From positions 320,001 through 384,000 of the forward strand of contig JBBRSB010000001.1 of NCBI GenBank assembly GCA_038245785.1: DNA of 64,000 nucleotides, given 5' to 3'. Every line of letters starts with the position of its first letter. The stretch's first letter is position 1. This stretch comes from Gloeobacterales cyanobacterium. Lineage in GTDB: Bacteria > Cyanobacteriota > Cyanobacteriia > Gloeobacterales > PMM-0068. Shown here one piece after another: positions 29,351-39,141 of this stretch. A model generated the notes under the pieces. The model did not search any database, was not told where the DNA came from, and saw only the letters and a list, made by a program, of their open reading frames with translations. The position numbers and the translations under genes are program-made.

Positions 29351-29390
29351 CATACGGTAGAGACGCCCTATAGGGCGTCTCTACCGTATG
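29351..29390. repeat. 40-bp perfect palindrome, GTAG-type REP-like
   Basis: CATACGGTAGAGACGCCCTA|TAGGGCGTCTCTACCGTATG. Confidence 0.9.
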
Positions 29391-29564
29391 AAAACACGGG
29401 ATTACGTCCATTTGATGGAATGGAATGCCATTCCGGAAACATACAATTGCCTGGGTATCGGCAGAATCTGCAACATGACCAGTCAAAACCAAACGTTTCG
29501 CCACCGATTTTGGGCCCACACTTTAGAATGCTAAGAAGGCAGACAGGCAGGGTAAGGGATTTCT

Positions 29565-30113
29565 CTAACGCCGCAAAAGACTAGTCTTAGTCACCACAGA
29601 AGTAACTAGGGCTAACAGACGCTCTTCCAACTTAGGATCTGTCAATTTACCTTCAGAGTCGAACTGTTTCCACGCTTGGGGAATAGCTACTTGCTCTGTG
29701 ACCATCCAACCGTGCACCTGTCGAGTCACGATGCGCAGATCATTCAGCGCATTGGAGTTAGAAACTCCACCTAAAACACTGATTGCCCCAAAGATTTTGT
29801 CCCTCAGTTCATCAAAACTGAGTAGGTCTAAAGTGTTTTTGATTACGCCACTGTAGCTTCCGTGATACTCCGGGGTGCTAAGGAGAAAGGCATCGGCTTC
29901 TGTGGATTTTTTCTTCAAGAGTTCTACGGCCGGATAGTCAGGATATTCCTTAGCCCCCGTACACAAGGGGAGAATGTGCACTAATGGGTCAAAAAACTCT
30001 ACCGAGGCTCCTTGTTTCTCGGCCATGTCAAGTGCTAGCAGGAGGGCAGCGCGGCTAAAGGATTGAGGACGGAGACTACCGCAGAACCCTAAAATTTTAA
30101 TCGGAGTGGTCAT
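29565..30113 (-). CDS. NADPH-dependent FMN reductase
   Basis: GSLRPQSFS, TPEYHGSYSGVIKNTLD. Confidence 0.92.
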   Translation of the reverse strand: MTTPIKILGFCGSLRPQSFSRAALLLALDMAEKQGASVEFFDPLVHILPLCTGAKEYPDYPAVELLKKKSTEADAFLLSTPEYHGSYSGVIKNTLDLLSFDELRDKIFGAISVLGGVSNSNALNDLRIVTRQVHGWMVTEQVAIPQAWKQFDSEGKLTDPKLEERLLALVTSVVTKTSLLRR

Positions 30114-30191
30114 TAGAAATATCTTCTCTTTCTTGGCTAATTCAGGCCATTCTAAGCATTACACAAATACAGAACGAGGCTTTCAGGGGAT

Positions 30192-31637
30192 CTACTCTCC
30201 CTTCGATACGGTCGAAGTCAAATCATCCTGCTTGGCTGGATCGAGCAAGATACTGACTTTGATTTTTTCGAGGCGGGGACCATTCACTTCTAAGACAGCG
30301 AATTCGATGCCTTCGAATAGAAACTTCTCGCCTTCCTCAGGAATCTTCTGGAGGTGGTAGATCAAAAATCCACCCAAGGTTTGATACTCATCGGAAGTGG
30401 GTAGGTTGAGCTTTAATTGCTCGTTCACCTCTTCCAAATCGGCTTGGGCTTGGACCACAGAAGTAGTTTCATCCAGCGCCATAATCGTGGCAAGAACTTC
30501 TTCCCCTTCATCGGTGATGCTGCCGACAATCTCCTCCACCATGTCTTCAATGGTGAGCAGACCCGCCGTACCGCCAAATTCGTCGGCTACAATCACCATC
30601 GCTTGACGGTCTTTCTGCATCTCTGGCAACAACTCTTGGAGACGCTTAGATTCTGGAACAAACCGCACCGGACGGATAACTCCAAGGTCTGTTAAAGGCG
30701 CACTAAGGTCCAAGTTGGAGGTCGCCATTTTCGCAAGCACATCTTTGATGTGAATAAAGCCACGGACTTCATCGATTGATTCTTCATAGATCGGGTAGCG
30801 GGAATGCCCTGTAGCGGCTACTTCTGCCAACAAATCCTGAAAGGTACTGTCTATCTCGATCGAGTTGATGCGGGTACGAGGGACCATAACCTCGCTAGCC
30901 ACCACATCGCCGAATTCAAAGATATTGGAAAGCAATTCCCGCTCTCCTTCTTCCAAAGCTCCCGATTCTGAAGAAGCAGCAATCATCAACTGGAGTTCTT
31001 CTGACGATAGGCCAGTGTGGTGCATATTTGGGACAGGTTCTACCTTCAGCACTCTGAGGACAAGGTTGGAAGAAAAATTCAAGATCTTCATGAAGGGCGC
31101 GAACAGATAGTAGAAGACTTGATTGGGCTGCGCCACCGCCAGGGCTGTTTTTTCCGCATACTGAATCGCAATCGATTTTGGGGCCAACTCTCCCAAGACA
31201 ATATGCATATAGCTAATCAGGAAAAAAGCGAGGGCAATGGAGAGTACTTCTACACTTTTCTCACCAGAAGCGAAAGGCAGCTTCCCTAAAAATTCGCCAA
31301 GCCCCACCGTTTGAAAGAAGGGCCTCAGGACAGCAGAAATCGTGGGCTCTCCTACCCATCCCAAAGCCAGGGAAGCAAGAGTAATCCCGATTTGACTAGC
31401 CGACAGTGCTTTATCTATGTCTTTTTGTGCACGCTGTACTGCCTCAGCTGCCCGGTTTCCCTCTTCTACTAGCTGTTCAATCCGAGTACGACGCACCGCG
31501 ATGAGGGCAAACTCAGCCGCTACAAAAAAGCCATTCAGGAGTACCAGAAATAAAATTGCAAAAAGTCTAAAAGTAATCTCAGGCCACGACAGACTAGGCT
31601 CTACAGCTGCCGTAGCCAAGAATATAGGTATGTCCAT
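30192..31637 (-). CDS. HlyC/CorC family CNNM-CBS transporter
   Basis: NGFFVAAEFA, GELAPKSIA, VMVPRT, HSRYP, DEFGGTAGLLTIED. Confidence 0.93.
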   Translation of the reverse strand: MDIPIFLATAAVEPSLSWPEITFRLFAILFLVLLNGFFVAAEFALIAVRRTRIEQLVEEGNRAAEAVQRAQKDIDKALSASQIGITLASLALGWVGEPTISAVLRPFFQTVGLGEFLGKLPFASGEKSVEVLSIALAFFLISYMHIVLGELAPKSIAIQYAEKTALAVAQPNQVFYYLFAPFMKILNFSSNLVLRVLKVEPVPNMHHTGLSSEELQLMIAASSESGALEEGERELLSNIFEFGDVVASEVMVPRTRINSIEIDSTFQDLLAEVAATGHSRYPIYEESIDEVRGFIHIKDVLAKMATSNLDLSAPLTDLGVIRPVRFVPESKRLQELLPEMQKDRQAMVIVADEFGGTAGLLTIEDMVEEIVGSITDEGEEVLATIMALDETTSVVQAQADLEEVNEQLKLNLPTSDEYQTLGGFLIYHLQKIPEEGEKFLFEGIEFAVLEVNGPRLEKIKVSILLDPAKQDDLTSTVSKGE

Positions 31638-31839
31638 AGATACCGGGGGAACAACGCTCCTTCAGGGAGTATGGGAATTCCATACTTATTTATTATCAGA
31701 TATTACCCATTCTTTCTGCTATTGATTGAACAAGTAAGGGGCAAATAACCACTTAAAATGCCCTATAAGCTCCACTGGAGCCTGTTTGAGGAAATTCTTT
31801 TTATTTGGATTCTGTAGAGAGCCATGACATGATTAAGGA

Positions 31840-33069
31840 ATGACCTCCTCGACTGCCACCACATCCACAATGCAGTGGGTCTCTGCGCTCTCCAGCTTAC
31901 CCTCGCTGTATCAGGCGCTGGATGCCTGTGTGTCTCAAATTCAGACTGAATTAGAGGGCCGTAGTGCTGATTTGGTGATCGCTTTCATCTCACCAGGCTT
32001 TAGTGGAAATTTTCAGTGGCTACACCCTTTCTTGGCAGAGCGTTTACCTTGCGGGACCTTTCTCGGCTGTACGGGGGCAGGGATCATTGGTGGAGGGCAA
32101 GAGATAGAGAGTAAACCTTCGGTTGCGCTGGTTGCTGCCCACTTACCCGGTGTCCAGCTCTACCCGTTTTACTTAGGTCCCAGAAACATTCCCGACTTAG
32201 ATAGCCGCCCTGATAGCTGGGTGAAAGCGCTGGGTCTTCCCCAAGACGTACAGCCAGATTTTATTTTGCTCAGTGATGGGGACAGAATCACTGATTTGCT
32301 CCAAGGAATGGATTTTGCCTTTCCTTCGCGCACGAAAATTGGAGGGTTGGTCAGTGGTGCTCGGTTCCTCTTTGGACAAGAGAAAGTCTATAGCGAAGGT
32401 ACAGTGGGCCTTGGTTTGTCCGGAAATATTATCGTAGATGCGGTGGTGGCCCAGGGCTGTAGACCCGTTGGCCCTCCTTTGAACATCACCCAGAGTGAAC
32501 GGCATTTGCTCCATGCCCTCGAAGACCAACCCGCACTTGAAGTTTTGCGAGAAGTTTTGAGTGAACTCGATGACCGCGATCGTGAACTAGCCCGTCATTC
32601 TCTGTCTGTCGGCATTCTTAGCGGAGAAGTGGGCAGTAGTCTCTTGAAGGTCGAGTCTGGAGAAAAAAGCGCTACTGGGACCTTCCTGATCCGCACGCTG
32701 ATGGGGATCAGCTCAGATGGGTCTTTGGCAGTGGGTGCCCGTCTACGGCCCGGTCAAATCATCCAATTCCATATCCGGGATGGCCGAACTTCTGCAGAAG
32801 ATCTGCACCTGATGCTGTCTCGATATCAGCTAGACCATGGGCAGCAAGCCAAGGGAGCTTTGCTCTTTTCTTGCTTAGGACGGGGAGAGCAGCTTTATGG
32901 AGTCCCCGACCATGATTTAAACTGCATCCAGCGCTATTTGGGACCGATCTCTGTGGGAGGTTTTTTCTGTAATGGTGAAATTGGTCCGGTAGGATCTGAG
33001 ACCTACCTGCATGGCTTTACCTCTGTCGTGGGTCTATTTCGACCCAAATTGGGTGCTGATGATTTGTGA
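31840..33069 (+). CDS. FIST N/C domain sensory protein
   Basis: GCTGAGIIG, VAQGCRPVG, FSCLGRG, GFFCNGEIGP, LHGFT. Confidence 0.92.
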   Translation: MTSSTATTSTMQWVSALSSLPSLYQALDACVSQIQTELEGRSADLVIAFISPGFSGNFQWLHPFLAERLPCGTFLGCTGAGIIGGGQEIESKPSVALVAAHLPGVQLYPFYLGPRNIPDLDSRPDSWVKALGLPQDVQPDFILLSDGDRITDLLQGMDFAFPSRTKIGGLVSGARFLFGQEKVYSEGTVGLGLSGNIIVDAVVAQGCRPVGPPLNITQSERHLLHALEDQPALEVLREVLSELDDRDRELARHSLSVGILSGEVGSSLLKVESGEKSATGTFLIRTLMGISSDGSLAVGARLRPGQIIQFHIRDGRTSAEDLHLMLSRYQLDHGQQAKGALLFSCLGRGEQLYGVPDHDLNCIQRYLGPISVGGFFCNGEIGPVGSETYLHGFTSVVGLFRPKLGADDL

Positions 33070-33950
33070 GATTGCCCTTGAGTAACGTCATCGATAGACT
33101 TTCCAAACTCAAAACCCCAGGACGTCTGCTTCTCTTTCTTGGCATGGTCGTACTGCTGTGGGCGCCTTTTGCTTCTGTATGGCTTTTTGGGACAGGCTGG
33201 ACTTGGGGGAAAGAACTGACCAATACCCAAAATATCGGGGTAGCCGTTATTCTCTATCTTGTGATCCCCACCGTCCTCTGGGGATTTTCTAAGTACTTGG
33301 ACCATAAGCCTTTTTCTCAATATGGCCTGAGTGGAGACCGCCGAAATTTTCTAGGGTTTGGACTGGGCATTGGTTTGGGCTTCATCCTCTGCGGTTCACT
33401 CCTGCTCACTCAAGGAGTTTTGGGTTGGATCACTTTTGATCTCAGCAATTTACAAGCCGCAGGTCCTCTTCCCTTACTCTTGCTGCAAGGTTTTGCTGTC
33501 GGAGTCGGGGCCGCATTCATGGAGGAGCTACTCTTCCGAGGCTTTCTAGTCAATCAGTTTGGTCGAGACTATGGCCTGACTTCCGCCCAGTATTTGACTA
33601 GCTTGCTCTTTGCCGTTGCCCATTTTTTGAAACCCTTGGACGCTATTCTCGCTACCTGGCCTCAATTTCCTGGTTTATGGGCTTTTGGCCTTGTGCTGGT
33701 CTATTGCCGATGGTGGACCAATAGCCGACTGGGTCTGGCCATCGGTTTCCATGGCGGCTGCGTTTGGGTGCTGACCGTAGTAAATTCTATTGGCTTGGTC
33801 AAATACACCGGCGCTATTTCACCGCTGGTCACAGGGGTGATTCCCGGCAATCCCCTATCAGGATTCATTGGTCTACTCTTTCTCGGTATTTTCTTTGTCG
33901 TGCTCTGGACTATCACCCGTCAGTTGGGTTTTCAGCAACCCGAAGATTGA
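33066..33950 (+). CDS. CPBP/Abi (CAAX) intramembrane metalloprotease
   Basis: EELLFRGF, FAVAH, AIGFHGG. Confidence 0.9.
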   Translation: MRLPLSNVIDRLSKLKTPGRLLLFLGMVVLLWAPFASVWLFGTGWTWGKELTNTQNIGVAVILYLVIPTVLWGFSKYLDHKPFSQYGLSGDRRNFLGFGLGIGLGFILCGSLLLTQGVLGWITFDLSNLQAAGPLPLLLLQGFAVGVGAAFMEELLFRGFLVNQFGRDYGLTSAQYLTSLLFAVAHFLKPLDAILATWPQFPGLWAFGLVLVYCRWWTNSRLGLAIGFHGGCVWVLTVVNSIGLVKYTGAISPLVTGVIPGNPLSGFIGLLFLGIFFVVLWTITRQLGFQQPED

Positions 33951-34072
33951 GGCTTCCTCGCAAGGCGGGCCGTTGACATCTTCTATTTCCCAGGACTAAA
34001 CTACACTATCTCGGGCGAGATTAAGATGTATCTCTGCGCTATAGTCTTTGTGGATAGTCTTTGGGTTGTTGG

Positions 34073-35104
34073 ATGATGCCTGGGTTAAAGACATATGGGG
34101 TATCCCTACTTTGCCTGGGGGAACTTTGGCTGACGGGTTGTTCTCCCGTGGGAGCGCAGAAGCCCCCTGTGGAGTTGACCTTCGTTGCCTATGCTGTTGG
34201 TAAACCCGTTTTCGCACAGATCATTCCCGCCTTTCAGAAAGAATGGAAAGCAAAAACAGGTCAAGAGGTGCGCTTCCGGGAATCCTATGGGCCTTCTGGG
34301 GCTCAGGCTAGAGCGATTCTTGATGGACTGGAAGCGGATGTGATGGCCCAAAGCATTCAGACCAATGTCGATAAATTGGTCAAAGCTGGGCTGGTCGCCA
34401 AAAACTGGAGTGAGCGTTTGCCCTATGGCGCTTCTCCCGCCCATAGCGTCATGGTTTTGGTCTACCGTCCGGGCAATCCCAAAAATATTCAAACCTGGAG
34501 CGACCTCACCCGCAAGGATGTCTCGATCATTGCCATAAATCCTAAAACGTCAGGCAGTGGCCGCTGGGGCATCTTGGCAGGCTATGGTTCTATTGCTAAA
34601 GCCGAGGGCGAGAAACAGGCAGAGGCCTTTGTTTTTGATTTCTTGAGCCATACCCGGAGCCTGGAAAGTGGCAGCCGCCAGTCGACCGATGCCTTTGTCC
34701 GAAAGCAGATGGGCGATGTGATGGTCAACTATGAAAACGAAATCATTTTTGTGAATAAGATGATCCCCAAAGACTTTCCCTACATTGCTCCCAAGCAAAA
34801 TATCAGCGTAGATTTTCCGGTAACGGTGATTGATAAGGTGGTGGATAAACGTGGAACCCGTGCGGTCGCCGAAGCTTTTACCCAGTTTTTGTTTACGCCT
34901 CAAGTGCAGCAAATCTATGCCGAATTTGGCTATCGCCCCTCCGATCCCAAGGTTTTCGCCCAGTATGCCAGGTCGTACCAGGCGGTACCCCAGCTCTATG
35001 CGATTGCTGATTTTGGAGGCTGGAAGGCGGTGAATAAAAAGCTTTTTGATGATGACGCTTTGTTCGACCAGGCGCAAAAAGCAGCGGGTAGACCAATCCG
35101 ATGA
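34073..35104 (+). CDS. sbp: Sulfate ABC transporter substrate-binding lipoprotein
   Basis: LTGC lipobox, SYGPSGAQARAILDGLEAD, NPKTSGSGRW, NYENE. Confidence 0.93.
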   Translation: MMPGLKTYGVSLLCLGELWLTGCSPVGAQKPPVELTFVAYAVGKPVFAQIIPAFQKEWKAKTGQEVRFRESYGPSGAQARAILDGLEADVMAQSIQTNVDKLVKAGLVAKNWSERLPYGASPAHSVMVLVYRPGNPKNIQTWSDLTRKDVSIIAINPKTSGSGRWGILAGYGSIAKAEGEKQAEAFVFDFLSHTRSLESGSRQSTDAFVRKQMGDVMVNYENEIIFVNKMIPKDFPYIAPKQNISVDFPVTVIDKVVDKRGTRAVAEAFTQFLFTPQVQQIYAEFGYRPSDPKVFAQYARSYQAVPQLYAIADFGGWKAVNKKLFDDDALFDQAQKAAGRPIR

Positions 35105-35961
35105 CTACTTCTCTGCGCAATCCCTTACGTTCTGGCCTCACCTGGGGGCTTGCCCTAGTCTATCTGGGGCTGCTGCTATTCTTGCCTGTGGCAGGACTGT
35201 TCTTAAAAACGTTAGAGCTCCCCTTGCCTGAACTTTGGGCCTTGGTGACGACTCCAGTGGCGGTGGAAACTTACAAACTGACCTTCGGTGGGGCTTTGAT
35301 CGCAGCGCTGATCAATATGGTCTTCGGGGTGGTCTTGGCCTGGATTCTGGTGCGCTACGACTTTCCTGGCAAGCGCCTTGCGGATGGTCTGATTGACTTG
35401 CCCTTCGCCATTCCGACAGCGGTAGCCGGTCTTACTCTGGCCGTCCTCTATGGTCCTGGGGGCGTTCTTGGGCAATTCCTGGACCCCGGTACACCCTTGG
35501 GGAACCTGTTCGCCCTCTTAGGGATTCAAGAGGTGCGTCTGGCCTATTCCCAGTTTGGCGTGGTTCTGGCGATGACCTTCGTCACCGTTCCCTTTGTCGT
35601 GCGCACCGTGCAGCCCGTTCTTCTGGAAATAGAGCCGGCCTTAGAAGAAGCCGCTTCCTCTCTGGGAGCGACGAACTGGCAGACCTTCCGCTTGGTGATT
35701 TTCCCTCAGCTCCTACCCGCCATCTTGACCGGATTTACCCTCGCTTTTGCGCGGGCGATTGGAGAATATGGCTCCGTGGTCTTGATTTCTGGAAACGTGC
35801 CCTACGAAACCCTGACTACTCCAGTCTACATTTTTCAGCGTTTGGAAGAATTCGATTACGCAGGAGCCACCGCCGTTTCCGTGGTCCTCTTGACCCTCTC
35901 TCTGGTGATTTTGCTTAGCATCAATGCCCTACAAGCCTGGAGTCGCCGCTATGACAGCTAG
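35101..35961 (+). CDS. cysT: Sulfate ABC transporter permease
   Basis: DLPFAIPTAVAG, PFVVRTVQPVL, ARAIGEYGSV. Confidence 0.95.
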   Translation: MTTSLRNPLRSGLTWGLALVYLGLLLFLPVAGLFLKTLELPLPELWALVTTPVAVETYKLTFGGALIAALINMVFGVVLAWILVRYDFPGKRLADGLIDLPFAIPTAVAGLTLAVLYGPGGVLGQFLDPGTPLGNLFALLGIQEVRLAYSQFGVVLAMTFVTVPFVVRTVQPVLLEIEPALEEAASSLGATNWQTFRLVIFPQLLPAILTGFTLAFARAIGEYGSVVLISGNVPYETLTTPVYIFQRLEEFDYAGATAVSVVLLTLSLVILLSINALQAWSRRYDS

Positions 35962-36814
35962 TCAGCCTGCGAGAGAAACGGCGCTATCTACGGCTGCTCC
36001 TTTGCCGTGGGGACGCTATGCCTTAATCACATTAGGGCTCAGCTTTTTAGCCTTGGTCGTGCTGTTTCCGCTGTTCAATATTCTCTATCAGGCCTTTCAA
36101 GGAGGCTTGGGAGCCTATTGGCAGGGAATTTCAAACCCAGAAGCTCTCAGTGCCATTTCCCTCACACTGTTAGTGGTGCTGATCGTCGTTCCGGTCAATA
36201 CCATTTTTGGTGTCTTGGTTGCCTGGGTGCTCGCCCGTTATCAGTTTCCCGGCAAGCTCTTCTTCCTCGGAATCTTGGACCTTCCCTTTGCTATCTCGCC
36301 CGTAGTGGCAGGGATGATGCATGTGATTCTCTACAGCCCAACTAAAGGGATTCTGGGTCCTTGGCTAGAGTCCTTGCATATCAGAATTTTGTTTGCTCCC
36401 CTGGGCGTAATCTTGGTTACTTTATTCGTCACGCTGCCTTTTGTGGCCCGTGAAGTCTTGCCCGTCCTTCAAGAATTGGGTGATGAAGAAGAGCAAGCGG
36501 CAGCCACCTTGGGCGCCAGTCCCTGGGAAACTTTTTGGTATGTGACCTTGCCCAATATCCGTTGGGCGCTCCTCTATGGGGTTATCCTGTGCACAGCGCG
36601 GGCTTTAGGAGAATTTGGAGCCGTTTCTGTAGTCTCCGGTAAATTGATCAACCAAACAGAAACGCTCACTTTGCATATTGAGCAGGCCTATGGTGAATAC
36701 CAAACCGTAGCTGCCTTTGCCTGCGCTTCTCTCTTAACCCTGTTGGCCGTAGTTACCCTAGTGGTTCAAGAGCTGATCAAGAGCAAACAGCCTTCTTTAG
36801 AAGCAGAAGAATAA
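35951..36814 (+). CDS. cysW: Sulfate ABC transporter permease
   Basis: DLPFAISPVVAG, PFVAREVLP, ARALGEFGAVSVVSG. Confidence 0.95.
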   Translation: MTASQPARETALSTAAPLPWGRYALITLGLSFLALVVLFPLFNILYQAFQGGLGAYWQGISNPEALSAISLTLLVVLIVVPVNTIFGVLVAWVLARYQFPGKLFFLGILDLPFAISPVVAGMMHVILYSPTKGILGPWLESLHIRILFAPLGVILVTLFVTLPFVAREVLPVLQELGDEEEQAAATLGASPWETFWYVTLPNIRWALLYGVILCTARALGEFGAVSVVSGKLINQTETLTLHIEQAYGEYQTVAAFACASLLTLLAVVTLVVQELIKSKQPSLEAEE

Positions 36815-36846
36815 TCCGTCAGCAGAGTTCGTAGGAGCCTGAAGCC

Positions 36847-37857
36847 ATGGGAATCACAGTCCAAAACGTCAGTAAACAGTTCGGCAATTTTCAAGCGGTT
36901 GACCACGTTTCGCTAGAAGTGGAAGCAGGCTCCTTGGTAGCCCTCCTCGGCCCTAGTGGTTCAGGAAAGTCCACCTTGCTACGTTTGATTGCCGGGCTAG
37001 AATCGCCTGACTCTGGCAAAATCTTTCTCACTGGAGAAGATGCCACCACCCGTACGGTACAAGAACGGAACATTGGTTTTGTCTTTCAGCATTACGCCCT
37101 GTTCAAGCATTTGACGGTAGCAGAGAATATTGGCTTTGGCCTGAAACTCCGCAAAGCGGATCAAACTACTATCAAAAAACGGGTGGATGAACTCTTAGAG
37201 CTGGTCCAATTGGCAGGACTGGCCAAGCGCTATCCCAATCAACTTTCTGGCGGCCAACGCCAACGGGTTGCCCTGGCTCGGGCCTTAGCCGTAGAACCGA
37301 CGGTACTGCTCCTGGATGAACCCTTTGGAGCCCTGGATGCCAAGGTGCGCAAAGATCTCAGAGCATGGCTACGCCGTCTGCATGATGAAGTGCATGTGAC
37401 TTCGGTATTCGTTACCCATGACCAAGAAGAAGCCCTAGAGGTGGCCGACAAAATCGTAGTCATGAATAAGGGCAAGATTGAACAAATCGGCTCCGCTCAG
37501 GAGATCTATGACCATCCAAAAACGCCCTTTGTCATGGGCTTTATTGGTCCGGTGAATGTAGTCCCTTCCGATTCGCCCTTAGTGAAATCGATGAATCCTA
37601 ATGGTCAAGATCTGTTTATCCGGCCCCATGACATAGAACTCCTGGCTAACCCTACCGAAGGGGCAAGCGGATTCACGATCCGACGGATAACGCATTTGGG
37701 CTGGGAAGTCCAGGTGGAATTGACCTCTGGCTACGACCATTCGATCACCGCCCATCTCAATAGAGATGACTTTGACCGACTGAATCCCCAAGTCGGCCAG
37801 CAAGTTTTTGTTCGAACGAAAGACGCCAAGTCTTTTGTTGCAGATTATTCGATTTAG
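36847..37857 (+). CDS. cysA: Sulfate ABC transporter ATPase
   Basis: [40 protein letters not shown]-like tail. Confidence 0.96.
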   Translation: MGITVQNVSKQFGNFQAVDHVSLEVEAGSLVALLGPSGSGKSTLLRLIAGLESPDSGKIFLTGEDATTRTVQERNIGFVFQHYALFKHLTVAENIGFGLKLRKADQTTIKKRVDELLELVQLAGLAKRYPNQLSGGQRQRVALARALAVEPTVLLLDEPFGALDAKVRKDLRAWLRRLHDEVHVTSVFVTHDQEEALEVADKIVVMNKGKIEQIGSAQEIYDHPKTPFVMGFIGPVNVVPSDSPLVKSMNPNGQDLFIRPHDIELLANPTEGASGFTIRRITHLGWEVQVELTSGYDHSITAHLNRDDFDRLNPQVGQQVFVRTKDAKSFVADYSI

Positions 37858-38046
37858 GGATAATGGGGCCAGAAACAGGCTACAGGGGCCGAACGGAGAC
37901 GTCACATTCACATATCTTTACCGTTTCCTCTGTTATTGCACTAGCTACAGCAGGTAAGATGCACTCCTAGAAGGGGTTGTATCTCTACTCCAAGATTCTA
38001 ATTGCTATATGTCCTTTCTGTTTTATTGCCGGTAAAGGAAGAAAAC

Positions 38047-38991
38047 ATGACCAAAACCTTAAATCGTTGGCTAGTGGGCTTGACAGCTGGTGTCCTGTGC
38101 CTCACGGCCAACTCAACAGCTTTTGCCCAATCGGTGCCTCAAGAGTTAGCCAGTACGGCTAAGGACGCCTGCGTTGATGCAGCCAAGGCAAAGGGATTTC
38201 GACTGAAGAAGGTGGTGTCTGTTGCCCCTAAGGCTGATGGCGCAACGGTGATTTTAAGTCTGGATCGCGCTAAACAACTGTTCAAGCTCACCTGTGGGTA
38301 CACAAAGTCCGCTGGAGCTGTGATTGGGGGAGAAAAATCTAATGCTTCCGCTGCCACTCCTTCTCCTGCGCCTGCGGCTGCGGCTGAATCATCTGCGACC
38401 AAACCTGCCCCTCCCTCGCCTGAATCTGCTCCTGCGCCTGCAGCCGCTGCTGCCGCTGCTCCAACGGCTGCAGGGACTCAGCCCACTTTCGGTTCTGCAG
38501 CCCCCTGTAAGAATGTCCCTGCTTTCCAAGAGAAGAAGACGGCTGCACTGGCTGCGGTGGACGAACAGATTGCCAAAGCTACTATCGCTGCCGTTCCCAC
38601 CTTCACGATTATTCCAGGAGTCACGGGTAGCCAATCTCTGAAGCAGGAGTGGGAAACCAAAAAAGCTTCGTTAGCAGACAAGTTTGCCCGTTATGAAAAG
38701 CCTGGTGTCCTTTGTGGCGTGGATGATGGCAATCCTCGCTTGATTGCAGATGGTCGCTGGAACCATGCTGGGGACTTCATTATTCCTAGCATCCTGTTCC
38801 TCTATGTCGCTGGAGCGCTGGGCTGGGCTGGACGAGATTACCTGGGCAAGGCCAAGGGAGATGCCAATCTAGAAATTATGATTGATATCCCCATGGCGTT
38901 ACAGTCTCTTCTTGCTGGCTTGCTATGGCCTATCCAGGCTATTCCTCAATTGATTTCGGGCTCTATCCGAAATGACACTGTCAAACCTTAA
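38047..38991 (+). CDS. psaF: Photosystem I subunit III (PsaF) with extra N-terminal domain and Pro/Ala linker
   Basis: PCKNVPAF...FARY..LCG.DGNPRLIADGRWNHAGDFIIPSILFLYVAGALGWAGRDYL...EIMIDIP...WP; 314 aa. Confidence 0.92.
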   Translation: MTKTLNRWLVGLTAGVLCLTANSTAFAQSVPQELASTAKDACVDAAKAKGFRLKKVVSVAPKADGATVILSLDRAKQLFKLTCGYTKSAGAVIGGEKSNASAATPSPAPAAAAESSATKPAPPSPESAPAPAAAAAAAPTAAGTQPTFGSAAPCKNVPAFQEKKTAALAAVDEQIAKATIAAVPTFTIIPGVTGSQSLKQEWETKKASLADKFARYEKPGVLCGVDDGNPRLIADGRWNHAGDFIIPSILFLYVAGALGWAGRDYLGKAKGDANLEIMIDIPMALQSLLAGLLWPIQAIPQLISGSIRNDTVKP

Positions 38992-39007
38992 TCCGGAGTC
39001 TGTAGCT

Positions 39008-39118
39008 ATGCGTATTCCCGCACCTATTGGTGGACTATTATTCATCGCAATTAGTCTTGCGGCCCTCATGTGGGCCAACATTCTGACGAACTATCCTCTG
39101 TTCCATCCCATGTCCTAG
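39008..39118 (+). CDS. psaJ: Photosystem I subunit IX (PsaJ), divergent, not in the ORF track
   Basis: MRIPAPIGGLLFIAISLAALMWANILTNYPLFHPMS; AP...N...LFHP pattern, single TM, 16 nt after psaF. Confidence 0.8.
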   Translation: MRIPAPIGGLLFIAISLAALMWANILTNYPLFHPMS

Positions 39119-39141
39119 CAGCACTTTCTGGAACTTGCTCT

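Noticed and set aside
29315..29584. Two opposing ORFs sharing the peptide HTVETPYRASLPY
   Set aside because: This is an artefact of the 40-bp perfect palindrome; I could not recognise a RAYT transposase remnant either.
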